Assembly (NCBI GenBank): GCA_046757525.1
Contig: JBHHYI010000063.1
Location: 1-22,518 of the forward strand
Direction of reading: 5' to 3'
Source of the DNA: a bacterium
GTDB taxonomy: Bacteria; Zhuqueibacterota; Zhuqueibacteria; Oceanimicrobiales; Oceanimicrobiaceae
Length of the DNA stretch: 22,518 bases
Below the pieces are notes generated by a model, which saw only the letters and a list, made by a program, of their open reading frames with translations, did not search any database and was not told where the DNA came from. The translations under genes were made by a program, and so were the position numbers. Below are positions 6,793 through 15,405 of this stretch, piece after piece (the first letter of the stretch is position 1; every line of letters starts with the position of its first letter).

Positions 6793-8214
6793 ATGTCTGA
6801 ACAAACACACAGCAAAATTTCTTGTTATATTTGTGGGAAGAGGTTTAATTCCATATCTGGTTCGCACGTCCAATCCCATGGGTTGTCTTTGGCTGAATAT
6901 GAAACCCTGTACGGCAGCCAGGATCAACCGTATAATCAGTGCAGCTACGCTTTCGAGAATCTATCACCACTCGAAGATTTGACACAGTATCGGTGCAAGT
7001 TGCATGCTCCTGATGGGTCGTTTTGCATCCTGCACGACCAAGACGAAAAAAAAGATCAGGCGCTCTTTAGTCGCGTCTTTCAGGGCTTACTCAAATTGTA
7101 CAAGGCATCAGATTTTGAATATCGGTTGCAAGGAATACTGTTTCCTGCTGAGGTTAATCTGAATTACCTCACCTTCAAGAAACCGGTCTATTTGATCGGC
7201 TGTCGATTCCAGGGCAACGTGGCGATGAATGTAACTTTCCAAGACGCAGTGGATTTTAGGAAATGCTTGTTCAACCAAAGCGCGCATTTTCGATTTACTA
7301 AGTTCCTGGCGGCCGCGTACTTTAATCACGCTACGTTTTCGGATAGAGCTGATTTTCAAGAAGCCATATTTGCCAACACCGCCGATTTCAGCAATGTCAC
7401 ATTTGAGGGCATGGCTAACTTCCATCTAACCAGATTCGCAGGTCGGGCAGCATTCCTGAACAGCATCTTTCCGCAACATCCCAAGAAGGCCGTGTTTGTG
7501 GCTGCCCGGTTTGACCGGCCCAATTTAGTGCACTTTGGAGGCGTCGATCTCACACGTACTTTCTTTCAATGGGTAAATCTAACGAACGTGGGTTTTGTGA
7601 ACGTGCATTGGCCGGTAACTTCGAGATTTAAGGGCGGGCGGCGTTATATGGCCGACGAGTCCAACGTCTCAAAGCCGACAATGGTCGGGTCAAATCACTC
7701 GACGTCACAGAAATATGGTTTCGTTCAGGCTCTGTACAAGCAATTAAGGATGAACTACGAAGCGCGGCGCAATTATTCGGTAGCAGGTGATTTTTATTTT
7801 GGTGAAATGGAATGCTATCGCAAGCGCAATCCCTACCGGCGCTTCCTGCCCTCCGCCACCAATCTGTACCGGCTCCTCAGCGGGTATGGGCAGAGGCACC
7901 TCCGTGCAAGCGTTGCCCTCATCTTGTTGCTCGCCACCTTCGCAGTTTTGCACCTTACCTTCGGATTGAATCCTCAGGCGAATATGGATCACATCACGAC
8001 GAAGTTGCAGGGTGCGGAAATCAAGTCGTTAGGTCCCGGAGTGCTGGCTGCCACGGTCTACTGCGCCGAGGTCCTGCTTCGGGAGCCCGAGCCAGAGCGG
8101 CTGTTTTACCCCGCCAGCGTGTCAGGGGAGGTCCTGAATGTCATCTTCCCGATATTGATCTACGTGCAAGCGACCCTCCTGGTGCTGGCCTTAAGAAATC
8201 GCTTCAGACGGTGA
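6793..8214 (+). CDS. Pentapeptide-repeat membrane protein with an N-terminal MucR/Ros-like C2H2 zinc finger (473 aa)
   Basis: CYICGKRFNSISGSHVQSHGLSLAEYETLYG (C-x2-C-x10-H-x3-H-GL..EY); second C-x17-C-x9-C-x2-H cluster; A-x-F-x-x-A-x-F repeats (AYFNHATFSDRADFQEAIFANTADFSNVTFEGMANF); YKQLRMNYE..AGDFYFGEM..SGYG followed by hydrophobic helices. Confidence 0.88.
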   Translation: MSEQTHSKISCYICGKRFNSISGSHVQSHGLSLAEYETLYGSQDQPYNQCSYAFENLSPLEDLTQYRCKLHAPDGSFCILHDQDEKKDQALFSRVFQGLLKLYKASDFEYRLQGILFPAEVNLNYLTFKKPVYLIGCRFQGNVAMNVTFQDAVDFRKCLFNQSAHFRFTKFLAAAYFNHATFSDRADFQEAIFANTADFSNVTFEGMANFHLTRFAGRAAFLNSIFPQHPKKAVFVAARFDRPNLVHFGGVDLTRTFFQWVNLTNVGFVNVHWPVTSRFKGGRRYMADESNVSKPTMVGSNHSTSQKYGFVQALYKQLRMNYEARRNYSVAGDFYFGEMECYRKRNPYRRFLPSATNLYRLLSGYGQRHLRASVALILLLATFAVLHLTFGLNPQANMDHITTKLQGAEIKSLGPGVLAATVYCAEVLLREPEPERLFYPASVSGEVLNVIFPILIYVQATLLVLALRNRFRR

Positions 8215-8287
8215 CCAGCCACGGCTGGGTGGGTCGTATTACACAATTGTTGAAACGAGAAGATCTCGCTCTGTTTCAGACCCTTGC

Positions 8288-8312
8288 AACAGCCCGACCT
8301 TGCTGTTCTTTT
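8288..8312 (+). terminator. Possible weak intrinsic terminator after the pentapeptide gene
   Basis: AACAGC-ccgacctt-GCTGTT hairpin followed by CTTTT; the stem is short and AT-containing. Confidence 0.25.
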
Positions 8313-8321
8313 GAGTCTTTT

Positions 8322-8477
8322 GGCGTCAACTTAAAGAGAGTCTAATCACCAATTGTCACCCCGAGCGGAGTCCGGCAATTGCCGGACGTAGTCGAGGGGT
8401 CTGATTTAGGTACAGAATAGATTTCTCCCCGGCGGCTGCCGGGTCGAAATGACAGTTTGGGAGCTCGAGTTGACGCC
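8322..8477. mobile_element. 156-bp MITE/REPIN-like element: 10-bp terminal inverted repeats enclosing an inverted pair of TGTCA-tagged palindromes
   Basis: GGCGTCAACT (8322-8331) pairs with AGTTGACGCC (8468-8477). Left REP TGTCACCCCGAGCGGAG...TCGAGGGGTCT (8354-8402) contains the perfect 18-bp palindrome GTCCGGCAATTGCCGGAC (8370-8387). Right REP is AGATTTCTC-CCCGGCGGCTGCCGGG-TCGAAATGACA (8419-8454). Confidence 0.7.
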
Positions 8478-8553
8478 TATGGCCTGCTGCCGGATAGGCC
8501 TTGACCATTTGCCGAACAGATTTTAACTCCCATCAAACAGAGCCAATTTTTCC

Positions 8554-8581
8554 TTGACTTTTATCCCAAGAATGTTATACT
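8554..8581 (+). promoter_or_regulatory. Sigma70-type promoter of the usp-antiporter-nuoJKLMN operon
   Basis: -35 TTGACT (8554-8559), 16-bp spacer, extended -10 TG-n-TATACT (8573-8581), about 95 nt upstream of the usp ATG. Confidence 0.75.
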
Positions 8582-8675
8582 TAGTTGTCGACCGGATAGG
8601 TCGAGGGTGGCACACCGAAACACTTTCTAAGCCTGATTTTGATTTACTTAATTTAATCACGAAGACGGATATAGT

Positions 8676-9503
8676 ATGTTCAAAAGCATCTTAATTCCAA
8701 TCGAAGGCTCAGATTTCTCCAGGGCTGCCCTGCAATTTGCTCTCAATGTTGCCAGGGATCAAAACGCTCAACTTAGCCTCCTGTCGATTGTCGACAAGCC
8801 CGACATCAAGAAGTCGCTGGGGCCGGTGCCGTTGGGCGGCATGTATTATGCGCTGCAGGCCGAGGAGAAGAAACTGACTACGGCCGAACAGAAGGCCCGC
8901 AGACTTGTGGACGAGAGTGCAGAAATATGCCAGAAAGCAGGCGTGCACTGTGAATTGATTGTGCGGGAAGGGGAGCCTGTTGCCGTGATAGCCGATGAAG
9001 CAAAATATCACGACTTGACCATGCTGGGTTTAAGAAACCTGTTCAAGTATGGAGCTAAAGAGGATGACAAGACGCTGGAAAACTTCCTGAGTCAGGCCGA
9101 ACAGCCCATCATCGCCGTGCCCAAAACGTATAATTCCATAGATAATGTACTGATGACCTACGATGGCAGTTTGCCCTCGGCCCGGGCCATTCACAGCTTT
9201 ATTCAAATCGGCCTTTGGAACAATCGACACGTGCACCTCTTGAATGTTAACGACAACAAGGAGCACGCCGATATCCTGCTGGACCGCATGGGCCATTTAC
9301 TCGAGGTGCACAAAATTGCTTTTGACAAAGTTCATTTGTATGGCCAGCCCAATGAACGCATTTTAGGATACGCTGTTGACAAGAAAATGGACCTGATCGT
9401 TTTGGGTGCGCATGGTGACGCCAAGATCAGCAGATTGTTCTTTGGCAGCACGACCAGGGAAATCCTGGATAACGTGGAGCTGCCATTGTTCATAGATCAT
9501 TAA
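8676..9503 (+). CDS. Tandem-domain universal stress protein (275 aa)
   Basis: MFKSILIPIEGSDFS..REGEPVAVI in domain 1; VLMTYDGS..DLIVLGAHG-x9-GST in domain 2, matching the USP ATP-binding pattern G-2x-G-9x-G(S/T). Confidence 0.95.
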   Translation: MFKSILIPIEGSDFSRAALQFALNVARDQNAQLSLLSIVDKPDIKKSLGPVPLGGMYYALQAEEKKLTTAEQKARRLVDESAEICQKAGVHCELIVREGEPVAVIADEAKYHDLTMLGLRNLFKYGAKEDDKTLENFLSQAEQPIIAVPKTYNSIDNVLMTYDGSLPSARAIHSFIQIGLWNNRHVHLLNVNDNKEHADILLDRMGHLLEVHKIAFDKVHLYGQPNERILGYAVDKKMDLIVLGAHGDAKISRLFFGSTTREILDNVELPLFIDH

Positions 9504-9542
9504 TTGGATCCTAATTCTTCAAGGGACTTGAAAGGTCATTCA

Positions 9543-11036
9543 ATGAGAAAACTTGTCATTCCGGTTCTGCTCCTGTTGTCGCTGTGCCTGGTTACTTCCT
9601 TGCTGGCCCAGACCCCTTTAGAAACCGAGCATGGGGTAGGTTTGGGTGCGCAACTGCCGCTCTGGAGTGTGGTCCCATTTGTCGGCATTTTACTGTCCAT
9701 CGCTTTGTTTCCGCTGTTGGCTGGTGAGTTCTGGCATCACCATTTTGGCAAGGTGTCGGCTTTTTGGGCGATTGTCTTTGCCGTTCCATTTTTGTTTGCC
9801 TACCATGGCGAAGCCGTGCACGAGATCCTCCACATTCTCATCATAGATTACATCCCTTTCATTATCTTGCTGTGGTCGCTATTCACTGTGGCCGGTGGGA
9901 TTTTGATTGAGGGGAGTCTGGCGGGAACGCCCGTGGTCAATACCATCATGCTTTTCATCGGTACAGCCATGGCTTCGTGGGTCGGAACGACCGGGGCCGC
10001 CATGATCATGATTCGTCCCGTCTTGCGAGCCAATGCCTCGCGCAAAAGCAAGGTTCATATCGTCGTATTTTTTATTTTCCTGGTGGCCAACATCGGGGGC
10101 TCCTTGACCCCTTTAGGCGATCCGCCGCTATTCTTAGGCTTCCTGCACCACGTTCCGTTTTTCTGGACGCTCAATCTCATCAAACCCATGGGATTTGTGG
10201 TAATCCTGCTCCTGGGTTTGTTTTTCCTCTTCGACACCGTTTTACACCGGCGTGAGACAGCATCGGCCCGGAGTGTTAAAGGGGCAGAGACGGCCGCTGT
10301 GAAGCAAATGGAGCCTGTGGCTGCCAACCCGGGTCCCGCCAAAGAGCCTTTACGCATTCGTGGTGGTTTGAATTTTTTGTTTCTGGCTGGCGTCATGGGG
10401 GGCGTTCTGATGAGCGGCCTGGTGCACATCGGTGAAATCACCGTGTTGGGCGTGCATACGAAAATTGAAAATATGCTGCGGGAGCTGACTCTGATTAGCA
10501 TGGGATTGCTCTCTTTGAAATTCACGGCCCAAGCCACTCGCGAAGCCAATGGCTTTAACTGGTTCCCAATCAAAGAGGTGGCTTACCTGTTCGCTGGCAT
10601 CTTCATGACCATCATTCCCGCTCTGGCCATACTCAAAGCCGGGTCCGAGGGCCATTTCGATTTCCTGATCGAAGCCGTAAAAACGCCGGCGCATTATTTT
10701 TGGGTTACAGGAGGTCTGTCCAGCTTCCTGGACAATGCCCCAACCTATTTGACCTTTTTGAATACCGCGTTGGGTAGTTTTTTTGCCGGGTCTGGCTTAA
10801 ACGAAAGCCAAATGGTGGCCAAATTGATTGCAGACAAACATATCTACCTGCTGGCAATTTCCAGCGGTGCGGTTTTTATGGGTGCAAATACCTACATTGG
10901 CAACGCCCCCAATTTCATGGTGAAGTCGATTGCCGAGCAACAAGGCGTGCCAATGCCGAGCTTTTTCGGGTATATGCTGTACTCCATGTTTATCTTGGTG
11001 CCGTTGTTCATACTCACGACTTGGATCTTTTACTAA
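9543..11036 (+). CDS. ArsB/NhaD-superfamily (ion transporter) putative Na+/H+ antiporter with an N-terminal signal-like segment (about 497 aa)
   Basis: Polytopic membrane protein with motifs VANIGGSLTPLGDPPLFLGF, LSSFLDNAPTYL and GANTYIGNAPNFMVKSIAE. ATG 9543 (AAAGG upstream; MRKLVIPVLLLLSLCLVTSLLAQ) is preferred over TTG 9504. Confidence 0.88.
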   Translation: MRKLVIPVLLLLSLCLVTSLLAQTPLETEHGVGLGAQLPLWSVVPFVGILLSIALFPLLAGEFWHHHFGKVSAFWAIVFAVPFLFAYHGEAVHEILHILIIDYIPFIILLWSLFTVAGGILIEGSLAGTPVVNTIMLFIGTAMASWVGTTGAAMIMIRPVLRANASRKSKVHIVVFFIFLVANIGGSLTPLGDPPLFLGFLHHVPFFWTLNLIKPMGFVVILLLGLFFLFDTVLHRRETASARSVKGAETAAVKQMEPVAANPGPAKEPLRIRGGLNFLFLAGVMGGVLMSGLVHIGEITVLGVHTKIENMLRELTLISMGLLSLKFTAQATREANGFNWFPIKEVAYLFAGIFMTIIPALAILKAGSEGHFDFLIEAVKTPAHYFWVTGGLSSFLDNAPTYLTFLNTALGSFFAGSGLNESQMVAKLIADKHIYLLAISSGAVFMGANTYIGNAPNFMVKSIAEQQGVPMPSFFGYMLYSMFILVPLFILTTWIFY

Positions 11037-11055
11037 ATCGACCCAGAGAGTTACT

Positions 11056-11559
11056 TTGATACCGTTTCTTTTCTTTCTATTTGCCACCGTCGCCATCGCC
11101 TCTGCGATCCTTATGATCGTGCATCGCAATCCCATCTATTGTGCTCTGTTTTTAATCGTTACCCTTTTCTCGCTGGCTGGACTTTATGTGTTGTTGAATG
11201 CACCGTTCATCGCGGCCGTGCACATGATTGTCTACGCCGGCGCCATTATGGTGCTGTTTCTGTTTGTCATCATGCTGCTAAATCTCTCCAGCGATATGGC
11301 TAAAGAACGCTCCAATCGCGTGCCGCAAGTGTTGGGCGTCCTGATCGCAGGCCTGTTTCTGGTGGAGCTGTTCTACTTTGTAAAGACCGGCGTTTCGGTT
11401 CCCACTACCGTGGGCCAAGCCACGCAGGTAGGCGACACCGCCAGCATTGGCAAGCTGCTTTTCACCCGCTACCTGTTTCCATTTGAGATCGCGTCGGTCT
11501 TGCTACTTTCGGCAATCGTAGGGTCTGTGGTTTTAGCAAAAAGGAGACTGAGAACTTGA
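11056..11559 (+). CDS. nuoJ: NADH-quinone oxidoreductase subunit J (167 aa)
   Basis: [40 protein letters not shown]. Real start is probably TTG 11056 (AGAGAG upstream); the ORF-track start at 10930 overlaps the antiporter. Confidence 0.95.
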   Translation: MIPFLFFLFATVAIASAILMIVHRNPIYCALFLIVTLFSLAGLYVLLNAPFIAAVHMIVYAGAIMVLFLFVIMLLNLSSDMAKERSNRVPQVLGVLIAGLFLVELFYFVKTGVSVPTTVGQATQVGDTASIGKLLFTRYLFPFEIASVLLLSAIVGSVVLAKRRLRT

Positions 11560-11858
11560 TACCGACATCTTACTATTTAGTTGTGAGTGGCATCCTGTTC
11601 GCCATCGGCGTGGTCGGTGTTCTCACACGGCGCAATGCCATCGTGATTTTTATGTCAATCGAGCTCATGTTAAATGGGGCGAATTTAACCCTGGTAGCGT
11701 TTTCAAATCAAATGCAGTCTCTGGACGGGCAAATATTCGTGTTTTTTGTCATGGTGGTCGCTGCTGCTGAGGTTGCGGTGGGGCTTGCTCTCATCGTGGC
11801 CATCTTCAGGGTGAAAGAATCCGTGTATGTCGACGAAATAAACTTGATGAAGTGGTAA
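11556..11858 (+). CDS. nuoK: NADH-quinone oxidoreductase subunit K (100 aa)
   Basis: [16 protein letters not shown] and [11 protein letters not shown] with both conserved Glu; TTG start overlaps the nuoJ stop (TTGA). Confidence 0.97.
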   Translation: MIPTSYYLVVSGILFAIGVVGVLTRRNAIVIFMSIELMLNGANLTLVAFSNQMQSLDGQIFVFFVMVVAAAEVAVGLALIVAIFRVKESVYVDEINLMKW

Positions 11859-11892
11859 GGCATGGTTGGTCCGGAAGGCAGGATTTGAATTC

Positions 11893-13812
11893 ATGTTAGA
11901 TTACATCTGGTTGGTGCCGCTTTTCCCGTTGCTGGGATTCCTCATCAACGGCTTACTCGGAGCGCGATTTAGCCAAAAACAAATCGGGCTGATTGGGTCG
12001 ACCACTGTCGGTCTCTCTTTCCTGGTTTCGGGAGCCGTTTTCTTTGCAGCTTTGAACCTTCCCCCGCATGAACGAACTTTTTCCAAAGAAATCTATTCCT
12101 GGATTAGTACGGGCAGTTTTCAGGTCAATATTAGCTTTTTGGTCGACCCGCTTTCATTGGTGATGATCTTGGTCGTCACGGGAGTGGGTTTTTTGATTCA
12201 CATCTATTCCATTGGCTACATGGCTGGCGACCGCGGCTTTGCACGTTACTTCGCTTTTTTGAATCTTTTCACCTTTTCCATGTTGCTGCTGGTATTGGCG
12301 GACAACTTTCTATTGATGTTTGTCGGGTGGGAAGGCGTCGGCTTGTGCTCTTACCTGCTCATTGGCTTCTGGTTTGAAGACGATTACAACGCCTACGCTG
12401 GCAGAAAAGCTTTTGTCGTGAATCGGGTGGGCGACTTTGGCTTCTTGCTGGCTCTTTTTCTGATTTTTCAGCACTTCGGGACTTTGCAATTTGGGGCAGT
12501 CTTCGCGCAGGCGGCCGCAGGACTTGCGCCTGCCATAGCCACCGCCATGACCCTGTTGCTGTTTGTTGGCGCCACCGGCAAGTCGGCCCAAATTCCACTG
12601 TACATCTGGCTGCCAGATGCCATGGCCGGTCCCACACCGGTTTCCGCGCTTATTCACGCTGCTACCATGGTTACCGCGGGCGTCTACATGGTTGCTCGCT
12701 GCCACGTGCTTTTTCTCCATTCGACCACGACCATGACCGTGGTGGCCGTGGTTGGGGCGGCCACAGCATTCCTGGCCGCCACCATCGCCCTGGTCAATCC
12801 GGATATCAAACGCGTGCTGGCCTATTCCACCATCAGTCAACTGGGTTACATGTTCCTGGCGTGCGGGGTCGGCGCCTTTGCGGCCGGGATTTTTCACCTC
12901 ACCACCCACGCTTATTTTAAAGCGTTGCTCTTTTTGAGTGCTGGCAGCGTAATGCACGCTTTGAACAACGAAACCGACATGCAAAAGATGGGAGGTCTCA
13001 GGGAAAAACTGCCGACGACCCACGCAGTATTTCTAATCGGCGCCCTGGCCCTGGCCGGCGTGCCCATTCTCTCCGGCTTCTTTTCTAAAGATGAAATTCT
13101 GTGGCAGGCCGTGAGCAGCCATTTCGGCGGCTTCGGCTATTGGTTGGTGGGCGCTTTGGTCGCAGGCCTGACCGCCTTCTACATCTTCCGCCTGATCTAT
13201 TTGACCTTCTACGGCAAATCGCGCGTTGCAGAAGAAGTAGCGCAGCACATTCACGAATCGCCAAAAGTCATGACCATTCCGCTGCAGATTCTGGCCTTGC
13301 TGTCCGTGGTCGGCGGTTTTGTGGGCATTCCCCACTGGTTCAACAAAATCGACACCTTTCTCGAACCGGTGTTTACGCGCTACGTCCTGAGTGACTCGAT
13401 TGAAGCAGCGCAGGCACCGGTTGCGCTGGAAGGTACTTTTATGGCGATTTCGGTACTCATCGCCATTCTCGGCATCGGCGTGGCCTATCTTTTTTACGTT
13501 AAGAGGCCGGCCCTGCCCATAAATCTCACGGCAAAATTCTTGAATCTCTATAAATTCTTGTACAACAAGTGGTACGTAGACGAATTGTACAACGCGGTGA
13601 TTGTCCGTCCCCTGGATGTAATTTCCGAGGTGGTGCTCTGGCGCTGGTTTGACGTGAAAATCATCGATGGGCTGGTGAACGGTGTGGCCAAACTTCTGGG
13701 TAAATGGAGCGAAAGGCTGCGACGCGTGGAAACGGGTGTGGTACAGAATTACGCGCTTTCCATCGCCATCGGTATTGTGATTCTGGTTGGCTATTTTATT
13801 TTCAACAAATAA
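11893..13812 (+). CDS. nuoL: NADH-quinone oxidoreductase subunit L (about 639 aa)
   Basis: GWEGVGLCSYLLIGFW, KAFVVNRVGD, GKSAQIPLYIWLPDAMAGPTPVSALIHAATMV and the C-terminal lateral-helix region NKWYVDELY..IIDGLVN..ETGVVQNYA. ATG 11893 preferred. Confidence 0.97.
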   Translation: MLDYIWLVPLFPLLGFLINGLLGARFSQKQIGLIGSTTVGLSFLVSGAVFFAALNLPPHERTFSKEIYSWISTGSFQVNISFLVDPLSLVMILVVTGVGFLIHIYSIGYMAGDRGFARYFAFLNLFTFSMLLLVLADNFLLMFVGWEGVGLCSYLLIGFWFEDDYNAYAGRKAFVVNRVGDFGFLLALFLIFQHFGTLQFGAVFAQAAAGLAPAIATAMTLLLFVGATGKSAQIPLYIWLPDAMAGPTPVSALIHAATMVTAGVYMVARCHVLFLHSTTTMTVVAVVGAATAFLAATIALVNPDIKRVLAYSTISQLGYMFLACGVGAFAAGIFHLTTHAYFKALLFLSAGSVMHALNNETDMQKMGGLREKLPTTHAVFLIGALALAGVPILSGFFSKDEILWQAVSSHFGGFGYWLVGALVAGLTAFYIFRLIYLTFYGKSRVAEEVAQHIHESPKVMTIPLQILALLSVVGGFVGIPHWFNKIDTFLEPVFTRYVLSDSIEAAQAPVALEGTFMAISVLIAILGIGVAYLFYVKRPALPINLTAKFLNLYKFLYNKWYVDELYNAVIVRPLDVISEVVLWRWFDVKIIDGLVNGVAKLLGKWSERLRRVETGVVQNYALSIAIGIVILVGYFIFNK

Positions 13813-13818
13813 CTGCAC

Positions 13819-15405
13819 ATGCATTTTCCAATATTAACGACGATTACTTTTCTACCCTTCCTCGGCGCTCTGGCTCTGCTCTTGGTGCGCGGAGACCGCG
13901 TGGCTGCCATAAAAACCACGGCACTCGGCGTGAGCCTTGTGGCCTTCATCCTGTCCCTGCCGCTTTATTTTGGTTTTAAAAGCGTTGCGGCCATGCAGTT
14001 TGTCGAGCAGCACGCCTGGATTCCCACCCTGGGCGTGAGCTACCATCTGGGCATAGACGGCATTAGCCTGTTCATGGTTTTGCTCACGACTTTTTTGAGT
14101 CCCATCGTCATTTTGTCTTCCTGGAAAGCCATTAGTAAAAACGTCAAAGGGTACATGATTTCCATGCTTGTTTTAGAAACCGGAATCCTGGGCGTTTTTG
14201 TGTCCTTGGACCTGTTCATGTTCTACGTATTCTGGGAAGCAATGCTGATTCCCATGTACTTCATCATCGGCGTTTGGGGTGGCGAAAATCGCATCTACGC
14301 GGCGATCAAGTTTTTTATCTACACGATGGTGGGCAGTCTTTTGATGATGGTAGCCATTCTGGTCATCTATTTTTACCACGGTGGGCTCACTGGCGATTAC
14401 ACGTTTGATCTACTAAAGATTCAGCAAATCCATTTTCCGTTGGGCTACCAGACCTGGCTGTTTCTGGCCTTTGGTTTGAGCTTTGCGATCAAAGTGCCCA
14501 TTTTCCCGTTTCACACCTGGCTGCCGGATGCCCACGTGGAGGCCCCCACTGGCGGCAGTGTGATTTTAGCCGGGGTGCTGTTGAAGATGGGGACCTACGG
14601 ATTTTTGCGCTTCTGTCTGCCCTTGTTTCCTAATGCTGCGGCGACTTTTACACCCTGGATTCTCGCGTTGGGCGTGGTTGGCATCATCTACGGCGCGCTG
14701 GTGGCTATGGTGCAGCCGGACTTGAAGAAGTTGGTGGCTTATTCCAGCGTCAGCCATTTGGGCTTTGTCATGTTGGGCATTTTTGCCCTGACCAATCAAA
14801 GCGTCCAGGGAGGACTCATTCAGATGGTCAATCACGGCCTGTCTACCGGGGCCCTGTTTCTCCTGGTGGGCATGATCTACGAAAGACGACACACGCGGTT
14901 GATTGCAGAGTTTGGTGGCCTGGCGCGGCAGATTCCTGTTTTTACCGCAGTTTTCATGATCGTGACCCTGTCGTCTATCGGGCTGCCGGGATTGAATGGC
15001 TTTGTCGGTGAATTTCTCATTCTCCTGGGCACTTTCATTAGCCGCAAGGTCTTTGCTGTCTTTGCCGCCACAGGTGTGATTTTGGCTGCGGTTTACATGC
15101 TACGAATGTTTCAACGCATGATGTTCGGCAAACTGGACAAAGAACCCAACCGCAAGCTTGTGGACCTTTCGCTGCGAGAAATGGCCGTACTGTTACCCGT
15201 TCTGGCATTCATCGTCATGATCGGCGTGTATCCCAATGCTTTCTTGAAGAAAATGGAACCCACTGTTAATCACTTGATAGAATTCGTGCACACTAAGCAA
15301 GCGCTATACCCTGGGGCAGAAGAAGGCCACCTGGCCTCTACGCTGAATCAGGAGTCGCCTGACACCTTCCGAATGGAGTCGAGCAAAATAACAGAGAACC
15401 GATGA
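13819..15405 (+). CDS. nuoM: NADH-quinone oxidoreductase subunit M (528 aa)
   Basis: LGIDGISL, FWEAMLIPMY, IKVPIFPFHTWLPDAHVEAPTGGSVILAGVLLKMGTYG, GLPGLNGFVGEF. Confidence 0.97.
   Translation: MHFPILTTITFLPFLGALALLLVRGDRVAAIKTTALGVSLVAFILSLPLYFGFKSVAAMQFVEQHAWIPTLGVSYHLGIDGISLFMVLLTTFLSPIVILSSWKAISKNVKGYMISMLVLETGILGVFVSLDLFMFYVFWEAMLIPMYFIIGVWGGENRIYAAIKFFIYTMVGSLLMMVAILVIYFYHGGLTGDYTFDLLKIQQIHFPLGYQTWLFLAFGLSFAIKVPIFPFHTWLPDAHVEAPTGGSVILAGVLLKMGTYGFLRFCLPLFPNAAATFTPWILALGVVGIIYGALVAMVQPDLKKLVAYSSVSHLGFVMLGIFALTNQSVQGGLIQMVNHGLSTGALFLLVGMIYERRHTRLIAEFGGLARQIPVFTAVFMIVTLSSIGLPGLNGFVGEFLILLGTFISRKVFAVFAATGVILAAVYMLRMFQRMMFGKLDKEPNRKLVDLSLREMAVLLPVLAFIVMIGVYPNAFLKKMEPTVNHLIEFVHTKQALYPGAEEGHLASTLNQESPDTFRMESSKITENR

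Noticed and set aside
10930..11055. N-terminal extension of nuoJ in the ORF track
   Set aside because: Overlaps the antiporter C-terminus; NuoJ similarity starts at TTG 11056.
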